Source: Zootoca vivipara (taxonomy: Eukaryota). Taken from it: a stretch of 64,000 nucleotides of DNA. The notes beneath the pieces are model-generated. The model ran no database searches. It saw only the letters and a program-made list of their open reading frames with translations, and had not been told where the DNA came from. Position 1 is the stretch's first letter; each line of letters starts with the position of its first letter. This document shows positions 1 to 24,800 of this stretch, piece after piece. The position numbers and the translations under genes are program-made. Location of the stretch: the NCBI RefSeq assembly GCF_963506605.1, contig NC_083281.1, positions 42,780,001 through 42,844,000 on the forward strand. Direction: 5' to 3'.

Positions 1-72
1 ACGGGGAAGGAGGATGGAAGTCATAGTCCAAAACACCTGGAGGGCACCAGTTGGAAAAGGCTGCCTAACAGC

Positions 73-285
73 CAGGGCCGTCTTAAACGCCCCTGCCGCT
101 GTGGTGCGCCGGATCTCTCCGGCGCCCTCCCGCCCCGTTTCCCAGTGCGGTGGGTGGGTGGGCGTCGCTGCGCGGCGGACCGGCGGACCGGCTGGCCAGC
201 GGGCAGGCGCAGCTCGCGGCGCCTTTCTGGCGGGCCGGCGCCATGGTGCCCTGCGCCATCGGGGGTCTACCTAGAGCCGGGCCTG
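73..285. mobile_element. Non-autonomous hAT-type MITE, GC-rich
   Basis: Imperfect TIRs CAGGGCCG.../...CGGGCCTG; 8-bp TSD CTAACAGC (65-72, 286-293). Confidence 0.75.
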
Positions 286-1398
286 CTAACAGCCTTGCAG
301 CCTCCCCTGCTCTAAAGCTAGTTGCCAAGCAGGCTGATGTAGCACCTGCCTACCTGATGAAATGCCGCCTGCCATGACACAGACTCCAGAATATCTGAGC
401 TCACATACACTATTGGGAGAATGAGATGTCACTCCTGTCAGGCTGTACCAGGGAAATTTCTGGCTGGTTGGTCCTTTATAGAGGTATATCTAGCTATCAG
501 CTCAAAGAGAGAGAAATAGTGAAGGAGCAAGTTAAACATTTCCATTCCTGTAAAAAGAAATAGCACGTCAGGTAGATTGGTAGAAGACTATATTAATACA
601 GTACTGTGCATTCAAGATGTTTTTCATACAAGGGAGCCCCTCAAAGAGACATCACAATTTGGCTTGGAAAAGAACCTATTGGGAGCTTTGAAGTCAACCA
701 GTCCACAGCATCCCCTCTTCCTTAACATGGCAATCAGGAAAGCTTTCCCCCCCAAGCTTAAATCCAGAATTAACACATAATTTATATGGAATTAATACAG
801 GGGTCATGGCTCAATGACACAGCACCTATAGACGCTCCCAGATGGCAATCTGTGGCATCTCCAGGTCGGGCTGGGAAAGACTGATGCCACTCAGTGTTAG
901 ACAATTATGAGCTAGATGAACCAACTTGCTATGTTCCATACTCAATCTGTAGTGAAAGGCACTATTTTAGATGAATTAGAGTTAGACAGATGCCTGGAGG
1001 ACAGACATCTGGGTGGTTCTCAGCCATGAATTGCTAAATGACACCTCCGCATCCAGAAGCAGTGTACTTCAGAATACCAGCATCTGGTAATGACACAACA
1101 GAGAAATCACTATGGCCTTAAATCCCTGTTTCTGAACTTTCAGAGGCATTGAGTTGACCACTGTGGAAACAGAACCGTGGACTAGGTGGACCTTTCACTT
1201 AATGCACTAACACAATCATGCCAAGAAACACAGGCTGATGTGTAAATGTTATTTCTTTAAAAATAAGTACTTCTTCTAAATGGAACAGGGAGACTAGCCT
1301 AGCCAGCATCCATATCTGGATTTTACCAAACCATAAACAGCTCCTACGAGGCTCAGTTGCCTTCCTTGACTCAAGTTTATTTACAGATGGTAGGAAAT

Positions 1399-2382
1399 TT
1401 GTTGTTGTTGTTGTTTAGTCGTTTAGTCGTGTCCGACTCTTCGTGACCCCATGGACCAGAGCACGCCAGGCACTCCTGTCTTGCACCGCCTCCCGCAGTT
1501 TGGTCAGACTCATGTTGGTAGCTTCGAGAACACTGTCCAACCATCTCGTCCTCTGTCGTCCCCTTCTCCTTGTGCCCTCAATCTTTCCCAACATCAGGGT
1601 CTTTTCCAGGGAGTCTTCTCTTCTCATGATGTGGCCAAAGTATTGGAGCCTCAGCTTCACGATCTGTCCTTCCAGTGAGCACTCAGGGCTGATTTCCTTC
1701 AGAATGGATAGGTTTGATCTTCTTGCAGTCCATGGGACTCTCAAGAGTCTCCTCCAGCACCATAATTCAAAAGCATCAATTCTTCGGCGATCAGCCTTCT
1801 TTATGGTCCAGCTCTCACTTCCATACATCACTACTGGGAAAACCATAGCTTTAACTATACGGACCTTTGTCGGCAAGGTGATGTCTCTGCTTTTTAAGAT
1901 GCTGTCTAGGTTTGTCATTGCTTTTCTCCCAAGAAGCAGGCGTCTTTTAATTTCGTGACTGCTGTCACCATCTGCAGTGATCAAGGAGCCCAAGAAAGTA
2001 AAATCTCTCACTGCCTCCATTTCTTCCTCTTCTATTTGCCAGGAGGTCATGGGACCAGTGGCCATGATCTTGGTTTTTTTGATGTTGAGCTTCAGACCAT
2101 ATTTTGCGCTCTCCTCTTTCACCCTCATTAAAAGGTTCTTTAATTCCTCCTCGCTTTCTGCCATCAAGGTTGTGTCATCTGCATATCTGAGGTTGTTGAT
2201 ATTTCTTCCGGCAATCTTAATTCCAGCTTGGGATTCATCTAGTCCAGCCTTTCGCATGATGAATTCTGCATATAAGTTAAATAAGCAGGGAGACAATTTA
2301 CAACCTTGTCGTACTCCTTTCCCAATTTTGAACCAATCAGTTGTTCCATATCCAGTTCTAACTGTAGCTTCTTGTCCCACAT
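1399..2382 (-). mobile_element. BovB (RTE clade) LINE, 5'-truncated, with uninterrupted RT C-terminal ORF
   Basis: 321-aa ORF with KGVRQGC, LRYADDTTL and the BovB C-terminus ...HGVTKSRTRLND; (CAA)n tail. Confidence 0.95.
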
Positions 2383-2515
2383 AGGTTTAGGGTTTTCTAA
2401 GGTCCAATGAAGTTTACAGGAATTGAGTGAGACACATTCCTTGCCATGCAAATGTGACTGCTCTTTTCCACCCCTTCTACTCACATATGCAAGCTCCTCC
2501 AAAGGCTGTGTTCTA

Positions 2516-2600
2516 CAGGGCGAGTCCTTTAAAAGAGGCCCCGTGGATACAGAGTAATGTACACATGTTCCACGGGGCCTCTTTTAAAAGACTCACCCTG
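2516..2600. mobile_element. Palindromic Tc1/mariner-type MITE
   Basis: 85-bp hairpin CAGGGCGAGTCCTTTAAAAGAGGCCCCGTGGA...TCCACGGGGCCTCTTTTAAAAGACTCACCCTG flanked by TA. Confidence 0.75.
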
Positions 2601-4302
2601 TATAATCCCTCCCATAATCCCTGCAGAGGTTTTAGCAGATTTTCACCAAGGTACATGAGAAAACAGATGCCAGAGGACCGTTTACTTACACTTCCTTTTA
2701 ACATTGCTTATTCTGTTTAGAAGCTGAAGGAAGAGCAACACCCTGGTCACTCTTGGTTTTCATTTCCTCTTCTTACACTGAACATATTGGAAAAACTGGG
2801 CTCCAATGATTTTTATATTTACTTCTTTTTTGAGTGTTACAAGGAGTGACTAACCCCCATTTCAGGGGCCAGATCCAACACCCTGTTTTCCTGCCCTCTC
2901 CTAGATGTCACTTTGGGCAGTGGCAAATTTCATTTTCCGTAACAATTTACATATACACATATTTATATACAAACAGCACTGAAATGGGTGGAACAGAGCT
3001 CAAATCACTCCCTCACTGGTTGCTTAATGAGTGGAGAGGGGGCAATAACCTCCTCTCAGCTATTTAGGATCAGTGTGGAGGAAGTGTGGGCACTTTTGGC
3101 CACACCCACTGGTGGCATGTGGGCGCAGCCTAAAGAAGGTTAACCACTCCTGCTTCAAACCATGTGATTAGATCCCTCTCCAGAACCACACAAATAGCAG
3201 CCTATTTTTGTGGCAAGGCAGGCAAGCATTCAATGGGTAGGAATGGCCTATGACACATTCAGCCAAGTTGAATTCTGAGGGCAACTGAGTCTTGTGTAAC
3301 ATCAGGAATCTCAGCAGTGCTTTATTTGTACCAAGGGCTCAGCTTTAGAACCAGGCCTGAGTACTGCAATATGGGAAGTGTAAGGAAAATGCCCTTGAAA
3401 TAATGCAAGGCTTGCCACTGTGACTCCATCCTTGCCGCCATCTGTGTAGACACCCTGCACCCCCACTAATGGTTGAAAACCAAGGCTCCCTGTCTTGACT
3501 GGGGGATGGTTGAAAATCAAATACTGGCTAGCAGTCAATCCTGGAAATGTCACAGCTGAAGTGTAAGAGGGTAATTTAAAAATCCAAATCCAAATCCAAA
3601 TGTACAGGTAATTTAAAAATCCAAATCTTCAATCCATTGAGGAAAGTAACTCCAATAAAAATAGGAATAATTTAGACTTCCAGGCTCAAACACAGACTTC
3701 TAACAAATTTGTCCTGAGCAGTGGCTGTGGTATATTTTTGTATGGCTGAACTAATCCCACAAACCAGTCTTGCATTCAGCAAAAATATATTCTGCATTTT
3801 GCATTGCAAGTAACATGAGATTCTCTCTCCACCAGCAAGTTTCTAGACTTCACTTTGATTGGGGGGGGGGCCCTTTGGGAGAGATCTGGTGTAGTACAAG
3901 CAGGCATCCACTAGGGCAATGAGGCTTCTCCATCCTTCCTCCACTGTCCCCAAAATCTGCTCTGGAGGAATCCTCCCAAGATTTCACACAACACTTATTT
4001 ATCTGAACTGCACCAACTTCTTTGAGTTCTTATGCTGCCCGTTTTAGCTAGTGCAAATCAGCATAGTTGCCATTTGGCTGACATTATCTCAGTCGGCTGG
4101 GGGCAGGGGCACTCCTGCAAAAGTACCATGCCATCAGTAATGAGTTGGACTCTGCTTTCAGTTGGTTTCTGAGCAATATGTTGTGCTTACATTGTGAAGA
4201 AACTCCTTCCTTCTTCAATCCTACTTCAAGTTATGGAAAATTGAGAATATTTTATTTTTATTCTGCCCTTCAACAAAGGAGCTACAAGGCAAATTATATA
4301 TA

Positions 4303-5105
4303 TCGTGTTTCTCATATTATAAGACACGTCTTATATTTATTTTTTCTTCAAAAAAACACACCATGGCTTATTTTCAAGGGATGTCTTATTTTTATTACGG
4401 TACATGGGTAGTGCAGTAGCTCCCCCCGCTATCGCGTTTTGCGTGTCCTGTTGCGAGTGTGTGTCCTCTCGCTCCCACACCGGGCAGTGAGCTGGGGAGC
4501 GGAGGTGGTTTTGCTGAGTTGATTGAGTCAGGCAGGCAGGCAAGGGAATCTATTTTGGATTGCCTGAGGAAAGGTTTGCTGCTCTCCCCACCACCACCAC
4601 CCATGCCTGCGCCTCAGCCGGGCGCGCATCCTCAGCCCGCTTTGCGCGGCGGGGGCAAGATGCGCGTCAGCATGCAACCCCTCAGATTCCTTCCGCCCCT
4701 CCCTCGCCGCCAACCGACCCCCACCCCATTTCCTCGCCTGAGGTAAAAAGTCCATACCGTAGTTAGAGCCGGTGACTGGCTGCCCAGCTATCGTATGTGA
4801 AGGCCGAGGGAGGAGGAGGGGTGGGTGGGAAACCTCTCCTGGCCATTTCCTCACCTCCCTCGTTCGTTCGCGCGCCTGCCTGTCTGCGAGCGGGGCTTCG
4901 CGCGGCGTGTGCAAAGGCTGCAGCCGGGTCCCAGGGGTTAACGCAGCAGCAGCAGCCGGTTCCGAGCAGCCCCCTTCCTTTTCCTCTTCTTTGCCACAGA
5001 CCTGCGGTATGGCTTATTTTCGAGGTATGCCTTATATTTTGCCACCTCAGAAAAATCCTGCCATGCCTTATTTTGTAGGGGTGTTTTATAATGTGAGAAA
5101 CACGG
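4303..5105. mobile_element. TcMar (Tc2-like) non-autonomous element with GC-rich interior
   Basis: TIRs (C/T)CGTGTTTCTCA../..TGAGAAACACGG, TA TSD, subterminal CTTATTTT repeats; same family as 53108-53772 in the opposite orientation. Confidence 0.8.
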
Positions 5106-5748
5106 TAATACAAAAACTGGGTGGCTCCATCCACACATTGCATTCTTCTGCAGAACCACTTATGTGAGGTGGATGGTCTTTATATAGTTTAAAGATGAGT
5201 AAACTTAATTTCAGTCTTTACAAAAGATGAGAATTCTACTTGAAGGCTGAAAAAACAAACAAACCCCAGACTACCTAAGAAAAAGCATAGAGTTCAGAAG
5301 ATGTCTCTTTTTAAATATATAAAAAGAGACATTTTTAGCTCTCAGGCTACAGAGATGGGTCTGAAAATTTATTAGCAACATCAGGTGAAACCTGCACAAA
5401 GGAAGACTTAGCAAGAATTTTTCCTGGTTCCCAGCTATGCACATGACTAACAGAACAAGTTATTCGAATTAACTTGCATAATTTATATAAGCCACAGACA
5501 CTTTTATTATCTTAATAACAAATTTTTATTTTAAGCATATAATTCACAAAAGGGAATGAACAATTTAAACTGATCGATTCTGATAGAATGCTGTGGTTTT
5601 CCATCTTCTGATGTGAAATTTGTGTTTGGACAGCAAAATGTGATGCCCTCTAGAAGAATTAAGTTATCAGCCATATGCTGGCCCCAATTACAACAGGTAC
5701 AAAAACACTACATGATGAATTTAAAATGCAGGCTACATTCCTTTCTGA

Positions 5749-8375
<2,627 letters not shown>

Positions 8376-10745
8376 ATCATGGATTTATAAGCATGGACAT
8401 CCTTCCCCTTCCTTCCTTCCTTCCTGTCTCTTTAGTGGGAATGATAGTACAACCTCTCCATCTGACGACACAGCCAATAAGCAAAACTATGATGGTTTGC
8501 ATCTTTATTATTATAAAAAGGGCTGCAAATTGTCTGAAACCTGGTGGTTACACTGGACAGATGTCACATCAGCAGAATACCAGGTGTGCATTATGCACAA
8601 CTTCATAGTTTAAGGTTTGTGTAAAGATGACGTGTCAGTACATTAATCAACCTTTCTTTAATGTTATAATTCTGTACAAAACCTGTTTGAGAACAGGATT
8701 ATTTAGTTATTTTAGGCAACAGTTTGTAATTTTGACATGTTATGGATAGGAAGCAGAAGTCCTAATTAAATGCTTTTTTATACGCACAGAGCATATTGCT
8801 ATTAATGGAGGAAAAATCGCATGTTGTTTTGAGAACATAAGCAACAGGGTTAAACAGATTGAAAATCCACTTAAGACGACTGTAGGCCAATAGAGTCATC
8901 CCTATTCTACCCCAATGGCAAATCAACCAGGTTTGTCTACATTTTCTTTCCACTACCCTCACCTCAGTAAAAATTCTACAAATAAGAGTGTTTTCAAGTT
9001 TGAAGGTTAACATCTTCAAGAACAGTTCTACACTTTTTAGAATAAAAGGACCTGCAAAGTACACTAGTGGAGCGCTATTGACAGTTATGTATAAAACCTG
9101 TAAAAGGTGACAGCCATGATGTGAACCACTGGGGCCAAAGTAACTGCATTACTTCCATTCTCCCACTGACACAGCATCCAAGCCAAAGTACAAAGTTAAG
9201 CCCACAGTGTCAGGAGTTTTGGGCACAAGCCTTCCTTCTGCATCTCAACAGTGTCAGGTAGGTGGAAAAAATGACAAGGTTACTGAATGCCTTCAAGCAA
9301 GAACTGCTGGGTGAAAATGAAAACTGAGAGGTTCTGACATCCAACCCAGGGTGGAGGATATTTCAGAGAGTTGAGCTGGAAAAGGAAATCCAGTTTGAAA
9401 CAAGAACCAGAGACGTGTAGGTATCAACTTTAACCTGGAAAGGAGTTACCTAAACATCTCCAGCCACAAACTACTAAATGATACATACCCATCAGCGCTT
9501 TCCAGTGGCCAGCTTATTGTATTATTTTAGCAGATCATATCAAATTGGTTCTTTCAACAGGCAGCTCACCACTCTCAACCCTCCTCAAAACACAGGCAGC
9601 AGCAGCAAGTTCTGCCATTTTACATCATACTCTCATTGCCAGTGGCAAAGTGATTTCCGCATATTTCAAGATTCCATCTTCATAATACATCACTCTGTTC
9701 CATTCTCTAGCATAACTGTACTTCATTAACAATTTAGAAGCTGCACAATTAAGCCGCCACTTTGGTTCCAGAAAACTTAGTGTCAATTTTTTTTTAAAGA
9801 AAAGACAATCACATCCCACATAGAAAACCAAATTTATTTAATCTGAAGCACTTGTATGGAGAGTTAAATGGGCTGCTGGTGGAACAGTTCACCCTCACAG
9901 GAGATGTGCTGATACAAGGTGAAATATCATGTAATCATTCTTTATATCGGTCTTTATTACATATATCAGCTGAAAACAAACACTTTCATAACTTGGTGGT
10001 CCCCCCAGTTAAAAAAACAAACAAACCACAGAAAGGAAAGATAATAGAACACAGTTCAAGAAACACACAAGAGGGCAAAGTAATGTGCAGTTATAGGTGA
10101 CTACCATATTCAAATTCATATCCACATCCTAAGTTGCCCCATCAGAAAAGGGTGGAAGGACCAAAGTATTATGAAGAAAACTCAGGCATCTGGACAGACT
10201 GACTTACTCTAATCAAGGACAGCAGCTAGAAACAAAGTTAAGAATAGGTGACCCTGCACTGGATTTATCTGTATCTGAAACAAGACTAGAGCTAAAGCTC
10301 TAAACATATTCTTTTATCAGGAGGGACCAATAAAAATAAAATATAGAGAGAAGCTTCTACTCTAAAATTCCCCTCAGTAGAAAACATTCAGATCTTACCA
10401 ACGCTTGTACTGAAACAATTCAGGCATAGTTTGTATTAAAATTTCTTGTAGCAGGCTATGTACACCAGCTCTCAATCAACGAGTTTTTAGGAGAAAAATT
10501 GTCAACCAAGAAGCCACTGTGTGATGCTAGCTCAAGTCAGGTTCAACTTTCAACAGCAACAGTTCACTTTCTGAGTTAGAAGCAAGGCTGATGGGTAATA
10601 TCTACAGATGGGCTGTTGAATGCACAGTGCATGTGTTTGTCTCTCGCAAAACAGCACAGCTGACAATCTCAAGAAACTTAGGAGAACAGGGCAGGGAGAG
10701 GACAACAACAGGAAACAAACAGCAAGGATTGAAGGGGTCAAGTAT

Positions 10746-20074
<9,329 letters not shown>

Positions 20075-21843
20075 GATTCCGACTCTCTTCGGGAGCGCCG
20101 GCGACGTCGCGGCCTTCCTAGTTTACCTCAGGATTCAGCCCGCCCTTCACTAGGCGCCTCGTGCTACCCGCGCTGGGCTGCTGAGCGCTCCTCTATTGTT
20201 TCCTGAGTCGTCGTAGTTCTCGTTCCCCCCCCTTCACAATTCACTTCAGAACTGCAGTGGCGCGCGAGACGGGTTCGCGCCAACTCCGTCCAATCGCAGA
20301 CCCAGCCGCCGCGATCTTCTCGGCGAATCACGACGGCGGGAATGGGGGAGGAGGGGAGGGGCCGAGTGGGCGTGCTCGCTGAGGGAAGGATGGCGCACGC
20401 GCTCTCTCCTCCCCCCCCCCTTCTCCCGTTTCGTCGTTGCGGAAGAAGGGCAGTGGCTTGCCGAAGCTTCCGTAGGGGCCGCCATTTTGTTTTTGGTTAG
20501 GCGGCCTGAGAGTTGCTAGGCCGCTCTTGCGAAACAGGGTTGGTTGTACGAGTCGATTGGAGGAGCAAACATTGCCTTTTGGGCTGAGATTAAGGAAATG
20601 TGATAGCTGAAAAAATCTACTGAATATTACTGGTTTTTGAGGGACATGTGGCTGCTTCCGCACTCCCACCTGTAAAATGGGTGTAACAAAGCGGCTCAAA
20701 GCGGCTAACATCATAAAATGCTCAACTTCACAAGTGCTTTGGCGCACAGAAACAAATAAATTTCGTTAGGTGCTTTGTGTATTTATCCCTGCCCTTTATG
20801 TGCCAACACAAAAGGGAAATGGTCTAATTGTATTTGTTACATTATATATAAGTGGGTGTAAGTAAGTAAGTAAACACTTATATGCACATCCAGGGAGTAA
20901 GGCCCATTTCATACTTTGGGGCTTGTTATAATCACCTCAAAACAGATGAAATATTTCCAATATGAAATTAACCGAAAGAGTGAGAGGAACATGATTTGCT
21001 TAAAGCATGTAGCATATTTCTTAGTACATTTTTATTTATTAAAAAAAAGAGTGACCATCCATTGTGCACTGCTTTGTTCCAGCAGTTAGTGTCAAACGAG
21101 GACTGATGATACCCAGGTCCAAATTCACTTTCAGTGATGGTGTGCCATTCCCCATCACTCAGCCTTGCCTACTTTACAATGGTGATACTTTAACCGGGTT
21201 GTGAAGGGAAGAATCCTGTACACTCTATGGTTCTGGGAGGGTGAAATGAAAGCATACTGAATAAAATAAATATACACATGCCAACCTTAAAATTATGGCA
21301 CCATTACTACACTAGCAATAAAAAAAAGAACCAAAGGATTGTCAACTATCTTCTTCTTAGGCCACTCTTGTGCTTTTTGCAGCTGTATAAGGCCAGGCAG
21401 ATATCCGGCAGGTGAAGCTTTCCTTGACCTTGCCCTGGCATGGAAAAGCTGCTCCTAATGAATTTCTGCTTGACAGGTATCAGCTGTTGAAGGATGCACA
21501 GGAGCCCTGCTTTGAATGTTTCGTTTAAAAACAGCAAGTATAGCTCAGGAAAAGGGAGCATCTTGTTTAATTGTCTTTTTGCCAGGTCGATGTGTAGGTC
21601 TAAGAATTAAAAGCACAAGATTTCAAATTGCCGCTTTTCAGGGGAGGGGGAAGTACTAATAAAGCAGCATGGCTACATATACACAAATATGATACAGATA
21701 GATCTATAATGAAGTGAACTGTTCCTTTAAATGCGGGCTTGGCTGCGGCTGACATGCTTTAAGCAGGAAGGAGGCCATCTTTCGCCTGTTCTCTCCTAGG
21801 AGGAGGAAGTGAATTGAATTTTGCATGGCAAAAGCAGCAAGCC

Positions 21844-24800
21844 ATGGCAGATAACTACCGGGACTACAACTTGACAGAGGACCAGAAAATCGTTAAGACG
21901 AAGTACCCGCCTCTCAATAAGAAGTATGAATGTGAGTGTATTCCTGAGCGGTCTCAGTCTGTGCGTGGATTTTTAGTTCTTTGGTGGAAATGCAGCGCTG
22001 GGCTCAGCTCAAGAGTTTTCCCAAGCCGGGTGCCTGGACATCTTGAACCGGGGGCGTGGAAGAGGGTGCTGGGTACAGGCTGCAGGGCATTGTTGGGTGG
22101 GATCCTTCTTGTATTGCGCCCGGGAGAGAGGGGTGGGGACGGCGGATTGGAGCAACAGCGTTGGCTCCGCACACCCATAAACAACGTAGCTGTGTTGCGT
22201 CTGGGAGAAAATAAACCAAAATCTTTAGCAAGGCAATGCTATTTATTTGGACCCAGACTGTCACTTTGGGGTTTGTCCAGTATGCTGAAAGTTTTGCCCT
22301 CCTGTAAAGCGTTGCTGTTCCCCAGGCTAGGAGAGCGTGTTGAAACTTGGCAGACAAGGCGAAGTTTTGCTCTCGAAAATAAAACCTGAGACTGCTTGCT
22401 GTGGGGGGACTTATATACTTCTGTGCAGTTCACTTTGTCTTAACTTCCTTTTTGGTGACACGAACCTGCTACACCCCCTGTCCTCATTCTAGAAGCGTCA
22501 GCTTCTTGCGACCTGTTGTTAAGCTGCGCGTGTATTATAAAATGAATTTACTATGTTTGGAATATTTTTGTTCAGACTGCTTATTCTCCCTACCTTGGTC
22601 TTTTAGATCTGTTTTCTTTTTCTTATTTTAATTGAATAAATTATTTTAAGTTGCCCCAGGTAGCTTCATATTTTTTCATATTTTTAATCCCTATTTAGAT
22701 CTGGATCATACTGCTGATGTGCAGTAAGTATTTATTTATAAGCTTACAATCTAACAGAGACAATGAGAAGGCAATACAAAAAGCAAAATGACCCAAATAC
22801 GTAGTCTTTTAAGGGTGAAATATTCCTCAGTTGCATAATGCATGTACTTTCCCACCCTGCTAATACCATATTTCACCAGCTATTCTCCCCATTGCTGATG
22901 ATAGCACATCTGACCTTTTCTGCATACACAAGCGCAAGCGTGCTGCTTAGATCAAATCTGCCTAGGTACATGGAACAGGGTTAGCTGTCCTCTGCTGAGT
23001 CAGATTCTGGGTCCATTAAGCTCAGGGGCATCTGCGATCATTGACTGGCAGCAGCTTTCCAGGGTTTCGGAGAAAGACTTTTCCTGGCTTTCCCAAGAGA
23101 TGCCAGGAATGAAATCTGGACCTTTTCTGTGCAAATCAGACACACTACCTCTTGGATCAGGGGTCAGCAATCATTTTCAGCAGGGGGCCGGTCCACTGTC
23201 CCTCAGACCTTGTGGGGGGCCGGACTATATTTTGAAAAAAAATATGAATGAATTCCTATGCCCCACAAATAACCCAGAGATGCATTTTAAATATAAGGAC
23301 ACATTTTACTCATGTAAAAACACCAGGCAGGCCCCATGAATAACCCAGAGATGCATTTTAAATAAAAGGACATTCTACTCATGTAAAAACACCAGGCAGG
23401 CCCCACAAATAACCCAGAGATGCATTTTAAATAAAAGGACACATTTTACTCATGTAAAAACATGCTGATTCCCGGACCGTCTGCGGGCCGGATTGAGAAG
23501 GTGATTGGGCCGCATCCGGCCCCCGGGCCTTAGTATGGAGACCCCTGTCTTGGATCAACAGCTTTTCTTCAAAGGTATCTGGCATTATCCCAATAGATGG
23601 GGTTATATGAGAAAACCCCAAAAGCCTCATGGATTTCAATGGGGGAACAGCATTGTCATTTCAATTTGTATATTGCCTTTCCATATAATAATATAACCAA
23701 CATCCAGTTCATCAAAAGTGCCAAGAGCTGGGAAGGATGGCAACATATATAATTAACTCATGAGGTCTTTTGTGTGTGTGTGGTGTTACCTCTTTACAGT
23801 TCTTGTCTGCTACATAGTGAAGTAGGTTGGGTAATGTGCCATCTATAACTCCTCTAAATGAGATGCATGCCTAGAGTTTTGTTGTTACGTTTTCTTGTTT
23901 TGTTTTCTATGGCTTCTGTATTTCAGCACAAGGCTGTTTTGGATTTTTGCTATCACTCTATGGTAAGAAGAAAAAATACCCAAAAAAGTGCCAAGTGCAA
24001 AAATGGCAACCAGATTTCTTAGAGTCTGCAGCAGATTACCTCTCAGGCCCCCCATTCCCACAATGCTCATATTTTAGCACAATTCTTGAAAGCTCCAACA
24101 GCAACAAATATGGGGAAGCGGGGGTTGGTGCTGCACACCTTCTTTTGTGTGCTGGATGTTCCTGCTGCTCTATTTTCCACCCACAAAGGAAGTTCCTCGT
24201 TGTGCAGAGGATGAAGCTAGGAATTAATAAAGTCCAAGTACAGAGTTTTCAAGGGCGACTACTATATGTGGATCCTAAGAATGGACAATTCTTAAACTGC
24301 AAATAGTGAACTTGTTAGAAGTGGAAACAAAATAAAAAAAATTCCTTCCAGTAGCACCTTAGAGACCAACTTAGTTTGTTATTGGTATGAGCTTTTGTGT
24401 GCATGCACACTTGCAAGTTTCTCCCTTGTACATTCCCATCTTTTGCTTATAACTACTGCCCTGTAATGTGTGTGTGTGTTTAGGTTGCATGCCTGGGGAG
24501 ATACCTTGGAAGAAGCATTTGAACAATGCGCCATGGCCATGTTTGGGTACATGACTGATACGGAGACGGTTGAACCTCTGGACACAGTAGAGGTGGAAGC
24601 AGAGGGTAAGGTGATGCTTTGAGAACTACAGCAGTTCAGATTAATAAACACAGTGGCAAATGATTGTCTTTACTATTTTGCCAGCATAACTGCCATTTGC
24701 TGTTTCCCAAACACATTTATAACAGAGTAACACCCTATAGTTTGAGGCCTGTGCTTATTCAGGATTCACTGAAATAGGACTGCTTAAACTTAGCATAGCA

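Noticed and set aside
1443-2384. Plus-strand ORFs of 171 and 135 aa
   Set aside because: Antisense shadows of the BovB RT ORF.
21814-22389. 191-aa ORF as a single-exon gene
   Set aside because: Only 21844-21931 is archease coding; the rest is read-through into the intron past the gtgagt donor.
23260-23465. Three ~70-bp direct repeats resembling a CRISPR array
   Set aside because: Contiguous tandem units with no unique spacers, inside a hAT MITE in a eukaryotic intron.
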